Virus record (IMG/VR): IMGVR_UViG_3300008448_000004
Coordinates: 32,001 to 96,000 of that record
From: a virus
Strand: one strand, 5' to 3'
DNA length: 64,000 nt
Shown: positions 36,370 to 46,804 of the stretch, piece after piece
Layout: the number at the start of each line of letters is the position of its first letter
Numbering within the stretch: position 1 is the first letter of the stretch
Notes under the pieces: generated by a model
Told to the model about the DNA's origin: nothing
Database searches by the model: none
What the model saw: only the letters and a program-made list of their open reading frames with translations
Made by a program: the position numbers and the translations under genes

Positions 36370-37172
36370 TATGCTCTACTTAATATGTTATCCACTACCT
36401 GTTTAAGTCTATCTAACAAAGTCATATAGGGTTTAGCTGCAAAATAATTTCTTTGTACAGAATCTAACCTATCAAAATAATCTTCTACTCTGAGATTATT
36501 TACTGTTGTGATCGCTTCATCTGCGGACTGTACGATGAAGAAGCCTTTTGTATCAAAAAAATCACATATATTACTGCAACCGTAATATACGGGAATTGTC
36601 TTAGTTATCAAACAGTCTATGATTTTTTCTGTAAAACAATTCTTCTGTGCCGTATTTTCAATACAGAGGTGAAACATAGAATTAAACATAGGTGTTTTTG
36701 TATCTCCTAAAACTTTATTTCCATATAGATTAGGAACACCGCCGTGTCTACTTATATAAAAATCTGTAGGTATCTGTATTTCAGGTTGCCTAAAATAAAT
36801 TTCTTTTCGTAGTCTGTGACCGTAGGTTATTTCTTTAAACCCTGTTAAATGAGATACTTGAAATTTTTTCTGGGTTGTTAGGTCATAATCCCATACCCAG
36901 GCTGTACCGAAAGCCATAAACCAGGCGTTAGGACAGTTTTGAAGAATTTCTTCATCGTACGTGATAATAGCGTCAAATAGCTTCGCATAGCTAATAGCTG
37001 TCTGCTTAAACCTGCTTATTTCTTCGACTTCTTTTACCCAGAGTATATTAAAGGTATCTGAGAATATTTCAACATTTTCTACTGTATCTACGAACAAGCG
37101 TACCGGTCTTTCAAATTCTATTTCTATTTCAGGCCAGGTATTATCAGTTGTACTATATAAGATTTGTTTCAT
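36369..37172 (-). CDS. GT10-like fucosyltransferase
   Basis: FHLCIENT..NCFTEKIIDC...TIPVYYG (alpha-1,3-FucT motif). Confidence 0.75.
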   Translation of the reverse strand: MKQILYSTTDNTWPEIEIEFERPVRLFVDTVENVEIFSDTFNILWVKEVEEISRFKQTAISYAKLFDAIITYDEEILQNCPNAWFMAFGTAWVWDYDLTTQKKFQVSHLTGFKEITYGHRLRKEIYFRQPEIQIPTDFYISRHGGVPNLYGNKVLGDTKTPMFNSMFHLCIENTAQKNCFTEKIIDCLITKTIPVYYGCSNICDFFDTKGFFIVQSADEAITTVNNLRVEDYFDRLDSVQRNYFAAKPYMTLLDRLKQVVDNILSRA

Positions 37173-38076
37173 GTAGAACTTCTTTTAGTTTTACTAACTT
37201 CTCTTCATCTATATTAATATCCGGTATATGTCGGTTGTAAAATAGTTTGTAGTATAGTGCAAACCTTTCTAATGCCCATTTTCCATACCCGGGATTAGTA
37301 TCTTGCATTCCTTTATTATATATTCTCATACCGGTACCTATACCTGCAAAATGAAACAGTAGCTCCCCAAAGTCCATATCGCTATTTAAATAGGAGTACT
37401 TATTTACCCTACCTCTTTCGTTACTTATACCTCCGACTAAGTCTTCGTTTAATATAGCAATCTTACCTCCGTTATGTAAAATATCAAAAGCGACTGGATC
37501 AAAGAAATCTAAAACAGGATGATTAAGAGGGTTGTAAATACCTTCTATCATTAAGGATAGTACTTCTGGTTTAAGATCAGATATCTTGTTCTTGTTAAAG
37601 CCGAAAAAATATGTCTGAGTAACATCTGAATATCCTCGTATGTTATCTATTCCGTTTAAATTATTTTTATAGCAACGGACTGGGCCAATAAGGTCGTACC
37701 CTTCTTCGATCTTATCGTAAATAAGACTTAAAGCTTCTTTTCTAAAAATAACATCACTGTCAATATGAATAATGTAATCATATTCTTTTGCATATTCTTT
37801 TATTACCTGAGTCCATATATAAGCTGTGCCTGCGTGTCCTCTAGAGTAATGAAAATGGACTGAGGGGTCGAGTACATGGTAGTCTGCGTTGGAAAAAATA
37901 CCAACTTCATTAAAATCAGTATTTATACCAAAAACATTAATTTTAGTTTTAGGGTGATACTTGTAGAAAGACTCTAAACATTTTCGAGCTACAAAACCAC
38001 AGCTGTAAGCTTCTGTGAAAAGAAATATTTTTTTATCCATTTTTAAACAGATCGCTTTTATACTTAAGAAATGCAA
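37153..38076 (-). CDS. GT-A fold glycosyltransferase-like
   Basis: IIHIDSDVIF DxD motif; context. Confidence 0.65.
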   Translation of the reverse strand: MHFLSIKAICLKMDKKIFLFTEAYSCGFVARKCLESFYKYHPKTKINVFGINTDFNEVGIFSNADYHVLDPSVHFHYSRGHAGTAYIWTQVIKEYAKEYDYIIHIDSDVIFRKEALSLIYDKIEEGYDLIGPVRCYKNNLNGIDNIRGYSDVTQTYFFGFNKNKISDLKPEVLSLMIEGIYNPLNHPVLDFFDPVAFDILHNGGKIAILNEDLVGGISNERGRVNKYSYLNSDMDFGELLFHFAGIGTGMRIYNKGMQDTNPGYGKWALERFALYYKLFYNRHIPDINIDEEKLVKLKEVLHETNLI

Positions 38077-38935
38077 GACGGTCTTCTAGCGGTAGAGATT
38101 GGTAGTAATGCCAAACTTCTCTCATAGCTCCTTCTAATGGATTGCTATTCCATACAGGGTCGTGATACATATGAAATACATCGATATGAGGATTATCTGC
38201 ATATTCAATATGTCCAATTTCATCAAGTACCTTACTCCAAAACATCTGATCCTCTACCGCGTAGCCCCAGAATATCTCAGGATCAAAACCTCCTACTCTA
38301 GTGAAAGCTTCTTTAGTTATTAAAATAGAGCCTCCTTTAGATCCTTTGAGCTGCGGTTCTGAAACCCAAGGAGGGTTATTTTGTAGTTCGTTATGATCTA
38401 GAGTAGCTTCCAGTAATCTTTCAGTCCACGACGGGTTTACATATAGCACGCATCTGCCACCAAAAGGTTGTAAGCATTGTACTTCTGGGTTTAAGTTTTT
38501 TTCTAATCTAAGAAAGAAGTCTTTCTTAACTATTATATCTAAATCATGTAGAAGATAGTACTTTGCTTTATTTGAATACTTAACTCCGAAGTTATAAGCA
38601 AAGCTGCGGCTATAAGTTGCGCGTACGTTACCGGGAGTGTAAATGTAATTAACATCACCAGTAAGCTTTTCTTCACTGTAAGGTGCAATATCGTGTTCAA
38701 CAAAAGTTAAAAGTATGTTAGTAAACCTATTACTTTCTGTTTTATTATCAAAGTAATATCTTATAGCTTCTTTGAAAGTTCTAACTGTTGTATCTAAAAA
38801 GTTATACCTTCCTTGAAAACCTACTATGACGTTTATGTCGCAATCTTCGTCACTGAGGAGTTTAATCTTTGAAAGAGTTTGTATCTCTGCATAATCAATT
38901 CTATTCTGATCTACTACTCTGTATAGTTCATTCAT
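38033..38935 (-). CDS. GT2/GT7-like (galactosyltransferase-like) glycosyltransferase
   Basis: RSFAYNFG, LHDLD, GGFDPE.FWGYAVED, HMYH. Confidence 0.75.
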   Translation of the reverse strand: MNELYRVVDQNRIDYAEIQTLSKIKLLSDEDCDINVIVGFQGRYNFLDTTVRTFKEAIRYYFDNKTESNRFTNILLTFVEHDIAPYSEEKLTGDVNYIYTPGNVRATYSRSFAYNFGVKYSNKAKYYLLHDLDIIVKKDFFLRLEKNLNPEVQCLQPFGGRCVLYVNPSWTERLLEATLDHNELQNNPPWVSEPQLKGSKGGSILITKEAFTRVGGFDPEIFWGYAVEDQMFWSKVLDEIGHIEYADNPHIDVFHMYHDPVWNSNPLEGAMREVWHYYQSLPLEDRLAFLKYKSDLFKNG

Positions 38936-39689
38936 CTTCGTATAATTTTTCTAAAGGAGTATATACAGGCATATTCTGAATAACACGATCTACTCTCTTT
39001 ATCTCTTCCTGTAGATACTTTGATTCATTATAAGGATTTTCTACATTGTAGACATACAGTATCTCGGGAATATATTGACTTTTATCTATACCGCACATCT
39101 CTAACATAGGATATTGAAATACTCTATCTCCAGATAATGCGAAATGTTCTCCAGTATCCGGATCTATAAAGTCTTCAGATTTTATCTTTAAAAATAACTC
39201 TCGTTTGAAAGTCCTTAAGTGTGATCCTAACCAGGTATATGTTCTAAATGTTCTTAACGCCCTAACTGTTAAAGGATACTCTCTATAGTGGTATGTTACA
39301 TCTCTATAAGGATATTCTTCGTACGTGCCGTAAGTCATCCAACACCCGGTTTCTACATACTCTTTATTTACTCTCTGTAAAACTCCTGAATGCGGAAACC
39401 AGTCATCACCATCTAAAGTAACAATTATAGATCTAGCAGGTGCTAACTCGACTGCTAGACGGTAATTCTCTACTTGGTACTTTCGAGTCTCGTTACGTAT
39501 TACTCTTAGATTTTTATTTCTAGATTCAAACTCTTTGACTATTTCAAAGCTTCCATCGTCTGAGCAGGCGTCTATGTACAATATATTAAACGACGGGTAG
39601 TCTTGCTCTAATGCGCTAGTTAAAGATTTTTTTACATAACCGATTACATTTCGAGCTGCTATAACAATAGTCACGTGGTTATATGTCAT
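38928..39689 (-). CDS. GT2-family glycosyltransferase
   Basis: IDACSDDGS, LDGDDW, SHLRTF, YVYN. Confidence 0.88.
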   Translation of the reverse strand: MTYNHVTIVIAARNVIGYVKKSLTSALEQDYPSFNILYIDACSDDGSFEIVKEFESRNKNLRVIRNETRKYQVENYRLAVELAPARSIIVTLDGDDWFPHSGVLQRVNKEYVETGCWMTYGTYEEYPYRDVTYHYREYPLTVRALRTFRTYTWLGSHLRTFKRELFLKIKSEDFIDPDTGEHFALSGDRVFQYPMLEMCGIDKSQYIPEILYVYNVENPYNESKYLQEEIKRVDRVIQNMPVYTPLEKLYEDE

Positions 39690-40647
39690 ACTGCCAGTAT
39701 TCGATCATTTCCTGCAACATCGTTTCAAAAGTATACTTAGGCTTCCAACCTGTCCGCTCTCTTAGTTTTGTTGCGTCACCTTTTAGGTTATTCAGTTCTT
39801 CCGGTCTTAAAAACTTTTCATGCGTTACAACATACTCTCTATAATCAAGACCTAATTCGCTAAATACAAAATCGCACAGCTCGGCTACTGAATGAGATAT
39901 TCCGGTAGCACATACAAAGTCGTCTGGCTGGTCTAGTTGTAGAATTGAATGCATAGCTTCCACGTAATCTTTAGCATGTCCCCAATCTCGGGTTGCTTGT
40001 AAGTTACCTAGTACTAACTTATCTGATTTACCTTGTTTAATCCTGACAGCTTCTTTGCATACTTTATTTGTAACAAAATTTGTACCGCGGCGAGGCGATT
40101 CGTGGTTAAACAGTATACCGTTTGAGATATACATGCCGTAAGAATTTCTATAATTTCTAGCTATGTTATAGCCAAATACCTTAGCACAGCCGTAAGGAGA
40201 TACTGGATGCAAAGGGGTAGTTTCTCTCTGGTATCCATCAGCATCAATTGAGTTGCCGAACATTTCTGAGGAGGATGCTTGGTATATTTTTATCTTAGGG
40301 TTAATTTCTTTTACTGCTTCTAATAGATTTAAAACGCTTAGTCCTGTTGCATTAGCTGTATAAAGGGGCTGGTCAAAAGAGATACGTACGTGAGACTGAG
40401 CAGCTAGATTATAAATTTCATCAGGCTGTACTTTATTTATTACTCTATACAAAGAAGCGATATCAGTCATATCAGCGTAATGCAGTCTAATAAGTCCGAA
40501 AACTTTATCGAGTCTTGCTGTTTGATTCTCAGCTACAGAATTTCTCTTAAGTATTCCGTGAACGTGGTATCCTAATTCAAGCAAATACTCTGCAAGGTAA
40601 GAACCATCCTGTCCGTTTATTCCTGTAATTAAAGCTGTTTTATTCAT
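39679..40647 (-). CDS. gmd: GDP-mannose 4,6-dehydratase
   Basis: TGINGQDGSYLAE, YNLAAQSHV, QASSSEMFG, SPYGCAK, LFNHESPRRG, RDWGHAKDYV. Confidence 0.96.
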   Translation of the reverse strand: MNKTALITGINGQDGSYLAEYLLELGYHVHGILKRNSVAENQTARLDKVFGLIRLHYADMTDIASLYRVINKVQPDEIYNLAAQSHVRISFDQPLYTANATGLSVLNLLEAVKEINPKIKIYQASSSEMFGNSIDADGYQRETTPLHPVSPYGCAKVFGYNIARNYRNSYGMYISNGILFNHESPRRGTNFVTNKVCKEAVRIKQGKSDKLVLGNLQATRDWGHAKDYVEAMHSILQLDQPDDFVCATGISHSVAELCDFVFSELGLDYREYVVTHEKFLRPEELNNLKGDATKLRERTGWKPKYTFETMLQEMIEYWQYDI

Positions 40648-41800
40648 TATCGTTAACTATTTTAGATATTAACTCAATCTCCTGTTCTGATAGATCTTGA
40701 TGATTAGGTAAGTAAAAGCCTTGTTGGTGTAGTAATTCACAGTTAGGAAGATCTACTGGTTGGTAGTATGATTTCCAGAAAGGCTGTCTAGCCATTGAGC
40801 CAGCAATAAGGGGTCTTACTTCTATCTTAGCTTCTCTCAATGCCTGTACTATCTTCTCTCGGCTAGGACTGACTACCGGATAGGCAAAATTAGAAATTAA
40901 ATCACTATCTTGTACTTCTAAGGATAGTTTATTGTGTCTGATTAAATGCTTGTAGTATCTGAAATTTCTCTGTCTTTTAACTTTTATATCATCTAGTTTA
41001 CCTATTTGACGTAGTCCTAAGAAAGCTTGTAGGTCTGTTGCTCTAAGGTTAAAACCCGGGTAGTAGAAAGTGTATTGAGCATCAAAATCGGAAATGTTAT
41101 GTCCGTTTCTTAAATGTGCTTGTTCAGAAGGTTCTAAATCTCTATCCCATCCGTGATTTCTCATCATTAAAGATACCCCGGCTAAGAATCTATTATTTGT
41201 ACATACAAAACCTCCTTCTATGGTGGACAGGTGGTGGCCGTAGTATAAACTAAATACAGACATTTCACCAAAGGTTCCTAGCTTTTTGCCTTTGTATTCC
41301 GATCCCATTGATTCGCAAACATCTTCTAATAGCACTACATCGTGTTTTTTACATAGAGCTAGAATAGCATCCATATCAGGAACAAATCCTAAAACGTGTA
41401 CTAGTATAAATGCTGCAGGTTTATGTGTTTTAAATAATTTTTCTAGGTGAGTTAAGTCTACAGCTAAGTTTTCAAGATTACAATCACATAGTATAGGGCG
41501 AAGTCCTAGTTGAGTACAGGAAGTTACATCTGTTATCCAAGACAAGCCTGGAACTATGATCTTATCGTTCTTTAACTTTGCAGTATGTTTTAAGACTGAT
41601 AGCATCAACAACAAGGCTGATGAGCCAGAGTTTACATACGTTGTGTATTTTACTCCTAGGTACTCGGACCATTCTGCTTCTAATTGTCTAGTTAAAGGTC
41701 CTTTAGTTAATTGAGGTGTAGGATTTTGCTGTAGCCATCCTACTAAAGCATCTATATCGCTTCTATCTATAGTATCTGAGACTAGTTTAACTGGTTGCAT
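40640..41800 (-). CDS. colD: PLP-dependent GDP-4-keto-6-deoxymannose 3-dehydratase (ColD/E1-type)
   Basis: DegT fold (VNSGSSA, EDVCESMG) with SLYYGHHLSTIEGG: His at the position of the Schiff-base Lys in aminotransferases. Confidence 0.75.
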   Translation of the reverse strand: MQPVKLVSDTIDRSDIDALVGWLQQNPTPQLTKGPLTRQLEAEWSEYLGVKYTTYVNSGSSALLLMLSVLKHTAKLKNDKIIVPGLSWITDVTSCTQLGLRPILCDCNLENLAVDLTHLEKLFKTHKPAAFILVHVLGFVPDMDAILALCKKHDVVLLEDVCESMGSEYKGKKLGTFGEMSVFSLYYGHHLSTIEGGFVCTNNRFLAGVSLMMRNHGWDRDLEPSEQAHLRNGHNISDFDAQYTFYYPGFNLRATDLQAFLGLRQIGKLDDIKVKRQRNFRYYKHLIRHNKLSLEVQDSDLISNFAYPVVSPSREKIVQALREAKIEVRPLIAGSMARQPFWKSYYQPVDLPNCELLHQQGFYLPNHQDLSEQEIELISKIVNDNE

Positions 41801-41811
41801 ATAAAGTTTAT

Positions 41812-42480
41812 TTAGTACTTTAGTAAATGTCTACTATCTGTTACTTTCATTTCTATATCAGAATAGTCAGCTTTTTGCCAAGCTAATGCTGGGTAGAAGG
41901 AGTATGTAGGTACTACTGAATGTAGTAATGCTAGCCATACATCGGCGCTAACTACGTTAGTGTATGTAATAGGAGGAGTCATCTCGAGAATTCTGAGTAG
42001 GTGGTATTCTAAATTGTAATGTATGTACTCAAAAGCTTCTTTCCTGTAGCCTATTGCATGAGTAGATAAACTACTTTTACACCTTAAAATATTAGGGTGT
42101 TCTGTTGTATACACTCCGTTGCTGTGATTACCTCCGAAATATAACATACCCCAGTCGCCGGGTACTTGTTCGATATACTCAGCGAAACGTTGGTTAAAGT
42201 CTTCCGGAAATTCAACATCATCTTCTAAGAGCAGTACATTGCCTGCGCCCTCTGCAATTAGCTTATTAAAGAAGCCGACAAAACTATCTAGGTGAGCTAC
42301 ATTAGCTCTATATCTCTGCTCATACTCCGTATCAATAAAAATATCTTTCCAATCGGTAGCTGAATATCTTTCAACTAAGAGATTGTGTTTTTTAAAAACC
42401 TCTTGGGAAGTTTCCCATCTATCTGTTCTCCTATCTAGATTAAGGCAGTATGTTTTATCAAAAAACTGATTAGGTGTCAT
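41812..42480 (-). CDS. GT25-like glycosyltransferase
   Basis: YCLNLDRRTDRW, LLLEDD, LYFGG. Confidence 0.8.
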   Translation of the reverse strand: MTPNQFFDKTYCLNLDRRTDRWETSQEVFKKHNLLVERYSATDWKDIFIDTEYEQRYRANVAHLDSFVGFFNKLIAEGAGNVLLLEDDVEFPEDFNQRFAEYIEQVPGDWGMLYFGGNHSNGVYTTEHPNILRCKSSLSTHAIGYRKEAFEYIHYNLEYHLLRILEMTPPITYTNVVSADVWLALLHSVVPTYSFYPALAWQKADYSDIEMKVTDSRHLLKY

Positions 42481-43112
42481 AACGTGCTGTATAGTTCGTT
42501 CTGTTTTTCTTGGCGTTCAATAGTCTTAGGATGTATTAAATCATACCCTTCTGGAAGGTAGCTTGCTTCTCTTGCTCCGACTATACGTTCATGCACTTTA
42601 TTTACCCAGCCAATCTCAGAAGTATTCTTAAGTATACGTGTCTGATAATCAGGGTAGTTAACCCATCCATTTTCATTAACATACCATCTCCACTTCAGTA
42701 TATGTTCTTGAGTCAATCCTTCTACTGTATTAATTCTAGGAACAGCATAGAGTTCAACACTAGGGTTAAGTTCCAGTATCTCTGGCAAGGCCGTTAATAG
42801 CTCTTCGGAAGGGTATTCATCAGCGTCTATTTGAAAAATGTAATCTTTAGTACAGCGTCTTTTTAGGTTATTTTTATATGCTGAAAAGTCTTTATTTAAA
42901 GGATAGAAAGTTAGCTTTACGTTGCTGTAGATATTATCTCTAGAATCAGCTAACTGTTTCATAACTTTCTGAACTTCAACAGTAGTGTTCTTTTCATCTG
43001 CTTGTACGACAAGTTCATCTTCTTCTCTCAAAAAGGGTAGGAGTATTTTTCCTAACCTCTCTAATTCCCTATGTTCATTACAAACGGTTACTGCGTAGGA
43101 GATACTAGGCAT
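42477..43112 (-). CDS. GT2-family glycosyltransferase
   Basis: SYAVTVCNE, FQIDADE, PRIN, PDYQTR, VHE. Confidence 0.85.
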   Translation of the reverse strand: MPSISYAVTVCNEHRELERLGKILLPFLREEDELVVQADEKNTTVEVQKVMKQLADSRDNIYSNVKLTFYPLNKDFSAYKNNLKRRCTKDYIFQIDADEYPSEELLTALPEILELNPSVELYAVPRINTVEGLTQEHILKWRWYVNENGWVNYPDYQTRILKNTSEIGWVNKVHERIVGAREASYLPEGYDLIHPKTIERQEKQNELYSTL

Positions 43113-43115
43113 CTT

Positions 43116-43568
43116 TTAAGGTTTGAAGTTGAAAACACCCACATAATCGCAAGCTTCTATAAAGTCTGTTCCGAAAAGCTTAAGCGTTTTTGTATCGCTT
43201 AAGTGTGTTATGTTCTTCTTAGCGTACTTTTCTTTTTCTTCTGCGGTTAATTCTCTAACCAATATACCTGCCCACTGCCAGTCTTCTGAATTAACTCCGT
43301 TAATAAACACTGTTCCTTTTTCCGGAATATTAATAGTAGACGGATACCATTTGCGTCCATCAGAGTCGATCTTTGCTAGGTCCTTATAAAGCTCTGGGTA
43401 TCCGATTTCGAGTTCCTCAAAGTCGAATTCTCCTACTCTCATTAAATCTGTTGTGTTATAACCACACCCCCAGCAAAAATAGCTATTAGCAAATTCACTA
43501 ATGGGAGCTATATAACATGCATCGCATTCGCATAGAGGACAGTGTCCTAAATTATCTCTACTTGTCAT
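43116..43568 (-). CDS. Zinc-ribbon hypothetical protein
   Basis: CPLC..C and CWGCG. Confidence 0.65.
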   Translation of the reverse strand: MTSRDNLGHCPLCECDACYIAPISEFANSYFCWGCGYNTTDLMRVGEFDFEELEIGYPELYKDLAKIDSDGRKWYPSTINIPEKGTVFINGVNSEDWQWAGILVRELTAEEKEKYAKKNITHLSDTKTLKLFGTDFIEACDYVGVFNFKP

Positions 43569-43786
43569 AGTATTCTTTCTTCTGTTGTTGTATAACTATT
43601 AAATACAGGAATTTCTGTGTGATTTACAACTCCTGCGGGGTACCCTGGTATATAAGGAATGTTGCTAGGAGTGCTTATTTCATTGAGTTCCTCCATTATT
43701 AGTTCCCAATCCTCGGTACTAATTTCACCTTCTCGCTTAGCTGCTGCGAAGCCTTTAAGCCATGTTACGAATTCACTACTTGTCAT
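43565..43786 (-). CDS. Hypothetical protein
   Basis: 73 aa; F..WLKGF motif. Confidence 0.6.
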   Translation of the reverse strand: MTSSEFVTWLKGFAAAKREGEISTEDWELIMEELNEISTPSNIPYIPGYPAGVVNHTEIPVFNSYTTTEERIL

Positions 43787-45098
43787 TGCTTGTTGCTTTT
43801 GTAAGTTTTGGAATATTGAGTGTTGGCATTTTAGGGAGAACTAAAGCTTGAAACTTCGGAGCTTTCTCGTTCAAGAACTTATTTAAGAGCTCCGACATTG
43901 CATCAAAGCTAAACTCTTTTTTTGCTTTATAGGCTTGTCGTTTAGCTAGGTCCAAGTACTTATCGTAGTTTTCATATAGTTCTAACATCATTTGATTAGT
44001 CTGAAGAGGGTCTGGTGCAAACCAGGATGCTTCGGCTATAATGGTGTTTTCTACGACTGCGCTTGGATGTACTTTAGTTAAACTACCGGACAATAGAAAA
44101 GTAAATTTAGGGTCTAGAAAATCTGTATGACCAGACCAACCGCTTGCTATAATAGGTTTTTTAACTTGAGTAAATTCAAGAAGGGGTCTTCCAAATCCTT
44201 CCCCTTTTGTGAAGTTAAGCATTGCTTTGACTTTAGGGTGGTTGTAGAGGTAATTAATCTCCTCCTCAGGCAGGTCTCCATATAGTAAATATATTCTAGG
44301 CAAATCTCCCTGTACTACATTTTGAATTTCAGAAAGTCTGCTAAGTATAACGTCTCTGTCAACAATGCTTGCACCGCTCATAGCAGTTTTCAAAATCAAG
44401 GCTGGTTTGTTCTTTCTATTTTTAAAAGTTTCTAAGAAAGCTTTTACCATGTAGCCTACATTTTTTCTATCCTCGTTTATGGAACCGGGTAGCCAATGCC
44501 CGACGAATAGGTAGCAGAAATCTTCTTCGATACTGTCTAAATCCTCTATTAATTCTGTTGCAGGGAGATCTGCATCCTCTATGGAGTAGTATTTATTAAG
44601 ATCAACTCCTTCAAATAAAACTTCAACTGGGACTTTTAATTCGATAACACCTGTGGTCTGATCTTGTTTATTTCTGATTTCTGCTCTAGAATTTACAAAA
44701 ACATTCTTAGCATGATTAGAAGAAACCAATACTAGGTTCATTCTATTACAACCTTCTATCCAAGAAGGATGACATATGTTAGTTTCAATCCCTGCCGTGA
44801 CTCCACAGTTCCATTTGCCTACAGGTTGAAACTCAGTCGGAATTGTAATTTGAAACCAGTAGTCCGGCTGTTTAGGAAGTTGGTTACCTGCCAACATATA
44901 CTTTTTCATCCATCCCCATTCTTGTTCGTGGTCTGATAAGTATCCGAAAGGTAAAGCACCCCATCTTTGAGACATGATTTTAATTTCCCATTCTTCTCCT
45001 TTCTCTTTTATTAGAGCTTTAATAAAATCTCTAGCACGAGCTCCATATCCGGAGTACGTATCTGGTGGAGCAGAAACTACGCATAACGGTTTATTCAT
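43776..45098 (-). CDS. GT4-like glycosyltransferase
   Basis: SGYG..AR, GITAGIET equivalent, TKGEGFGRPLLE, WSGHTDFL. Confidence 0.85.
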   Translation of the reverse strand: MNKPLCVVSAPPDTYSGYGARARDFIKALIKEKGEEWEIKIMSQRWGALPFGYLSDHEQEWGWMKKYMLAGNQLPKQPDYWFQITIPTEFQPVGKWNCGVTAGIETNICHPSWIEGCNRMNLVLVSSNHAKNVFVNSRAEIRNKQDQTTGVIELKVPVEVLFEGVDLNKYYSIEDADLPATELIEDLDSIEEDFCYLFVGHWLPGSINEDRKNVGYMVKAFLETFKNRKNKPALILKTAMSGASIVDRDVILSRLSEIQNVVQGDLPRIYLLYGDLPEEEINYLYNHPKVKAMLNFTKGEGFGRPLLEFTQVKKPIIASGWSGHTDFLDPKFTFLLSGSLTKVHPSAVVENTIIAEASWFAPDPLQTNQMMLELYENYDKYLDLAKRQAYKAKKEFSFDAMSELLNKFLNEKAPKFQALVLPKMPTLNIPKLTKATSNDK

Positions 45099-45099
45099 A

Positions 45100-46542
45100 T
45101 TAGTAAATTAATTTGTGTGTTAGTTTTTTTCGAGGTAATTTAGCAGCATGTATAAGTTCATGTTGCTTTCTAGGTTTCCATGTCTTTAATGTTTCTTCTA
45201 CTCCTTCTATAATATTCTCTCCCATAAGCTCACCTGACATCATAGCTTCTCTAGAGGTAGCCCATTCACGGCCTTTTAAACCTCTTCTTACTCTTTCTTC
45301 AGAGTCAAGGTTGTAACACTCCTCCATTGCTTGTGCTAAGTCTCTAAAGTCAGCCCTATCGTCCCAAATGTAGGGTGTTGCTAGAGATCCCACCATTGAA
45401 GAGTTAGAAGGAAATACCGGTATAGCCCATTCACCACATTCCTTATACGTACCGAAATGGTTAGAGCAAAAATTCTCATTAAAGTCAATCCACTTACCAT
45501 TCTCATCAACAAACCTCATCTGGTCTTGCATACCACCTGTTACAGTTGCTATAAACATCTTACCGCACATCATCGCTTCAGTTAAAGAGAGACCCCATCC
45601 TTCGTTACTAGAAGGAAGACAGACAGCATCGACGCTGTTGTATAGGTACTTCATGTCTGCAGGAGCGTATTTCGCCGGTGTAAATTCTACATTAGTGTGT
45701 TCTGGGTCGCAAAGTAATTCTTTAACTGCTAGGAGGTCTGTACCGTTTTGATCTAGAGGGTCTGTGTGTAGTAGGAGTAAACATTTTTTTGCTTTCTCTT
45801 TTCCTATCTTTTCGCAGAAGACAGTGTAGCCAGCTATAAGATCTGAGGGACTCTTTCTTCTAATATTTCTAGAATTGTATAAAAATACGAAATCGTATTG
45901 CTTATCTTTAAAAAGATTCTTTTTGAATTCTTCAAGCTTTTTAAACTCTTCTTCGTTGTTCTGGTCAATAGGGATAAACATCTTAGAATTTATACCGTGA
46001 GGTACATACTTCAACACTTTATCCTTTGTTTTCTCTCCTAAGACTAGCTTGTTTATATTTAAAGTTTGCTTTGATATAGCAAATAAAGCGTCGCAGGATT
46101 CGTAAAAAGATTTATTATATAGCGGAGCAGGCAGATCATCCCAGATGTTTAAGTACATCATCGGAATTTTCTTTCTAATTTCGCTCTCTATTGCAAATAA
46201 CCAACCCCAGTATCTAGGATCTGTAAAAAAGATTATACCGTCTGGTCTTTCTCTATCGATAAGAAATCGTATCAGATCTGCGTTGCCATATCCATTAGTC
46301 GGGTATATAAGACCTGATGCGTCTGGAATGTTAGCGTTTTGACTTAAGTCCTGAGATATATCAATTACTTTTTGCTTATCTGGATGCTCTATCGCAGCAC
46401 CTAGTTGAACCCAGTTAAAACGGTGACAGGTTTGAACTACTAGCTCTCGAGACATAGTAGCAATTCCTGAATGAAGTCTTAGATCGTCTGATAAAAGTAG
46501 TAGTTTCTTTCTTTTTTCTTTTGGAATGTAACCTTCTCTCAT
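45100..46542 (-). CDS. GT4-like glycosyltransferase
   Basis: SGIATMSR, RNIRRK, NEGWGLSLTEAM, TGGMQDQ. Confidence 0.85.
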   Translation of the reverse strand: MREGYIPKEKRKKLLLLSDDLRLHSGIATMSRELVVQTCHRFNWVQLGAAIEHPDKQKVIDISQDLSQNANIPDASGLIYPTNGYGNADLIRFLIDRERPDGIIFFTDPRYWGWLFAIESEIRKKIPMMYLNIWDDLPAPLYNKSFYESCDALFAISKQTLNINKLVLGEKTKDKVLKYVPHGINSKMFIPIDQNNEEEFKKLEEFKKNLFKDKQYDFVFLYNSRNIRRKSPSDLIAGYTVFCEKIGKEKAKKCLLLLHTDPLDQNGTDLLAVKELLCDPEHTNVEFTPAKYAPADMKYLYNSVDAVCLPSSNEGWGLSLTEAMMCGKMFIATVTGGMQDQMRFVDENGKWIDFNENFCSNHFGTYKECGEWAIPVFPSNSSMVGSLATPYIWDDRADFRDLAQAMEECYNLDSEERVRRGLKGREWATSREAMMSGELMGENIIEGVEETLKTWKPRKQHELIHAAKLPRKKLTHKLIY

Positions 46543-46554
46543 AAACTAATTTAA

Positions 46555-46800
46555 TTACTTAACTTTTGATTCTTGTGGAAGCTGTAAATGATTGTGTGTT
46601 AATATTTGTTTTCTGAATTCTTCATCTGTTAAAAATAAATGTATACACCTGTCTGTTAATTTCTGAAGTGAAAATTTATGGCGTATGCAGAGTATTTTAA
46701 ATTCTTGAAATAAATCAGCGTCAACTTTAACACTGGTTAATTGTTGTTTCGTACTCATATACTTGTTTATAAATAAATATATAAATACAGAGAAAAACAA
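46555..46800 (-). CDS. Ribbon-helix-helix DNA-binding protein
   Basis: LTSVKV beta-ribbon followed by two helices; start probably MSTKQQ. Confidence 0.6.
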   Translation of the reverse strand: MFFSVFIYLFINKYMSTKQQLTSVKVDADLFQEFKILCIRHKFSLQKLTDRCIHLFLTDEEFRKQILTHNHLQLPQESKVK

Positions 46801-46804
46801 TCAA

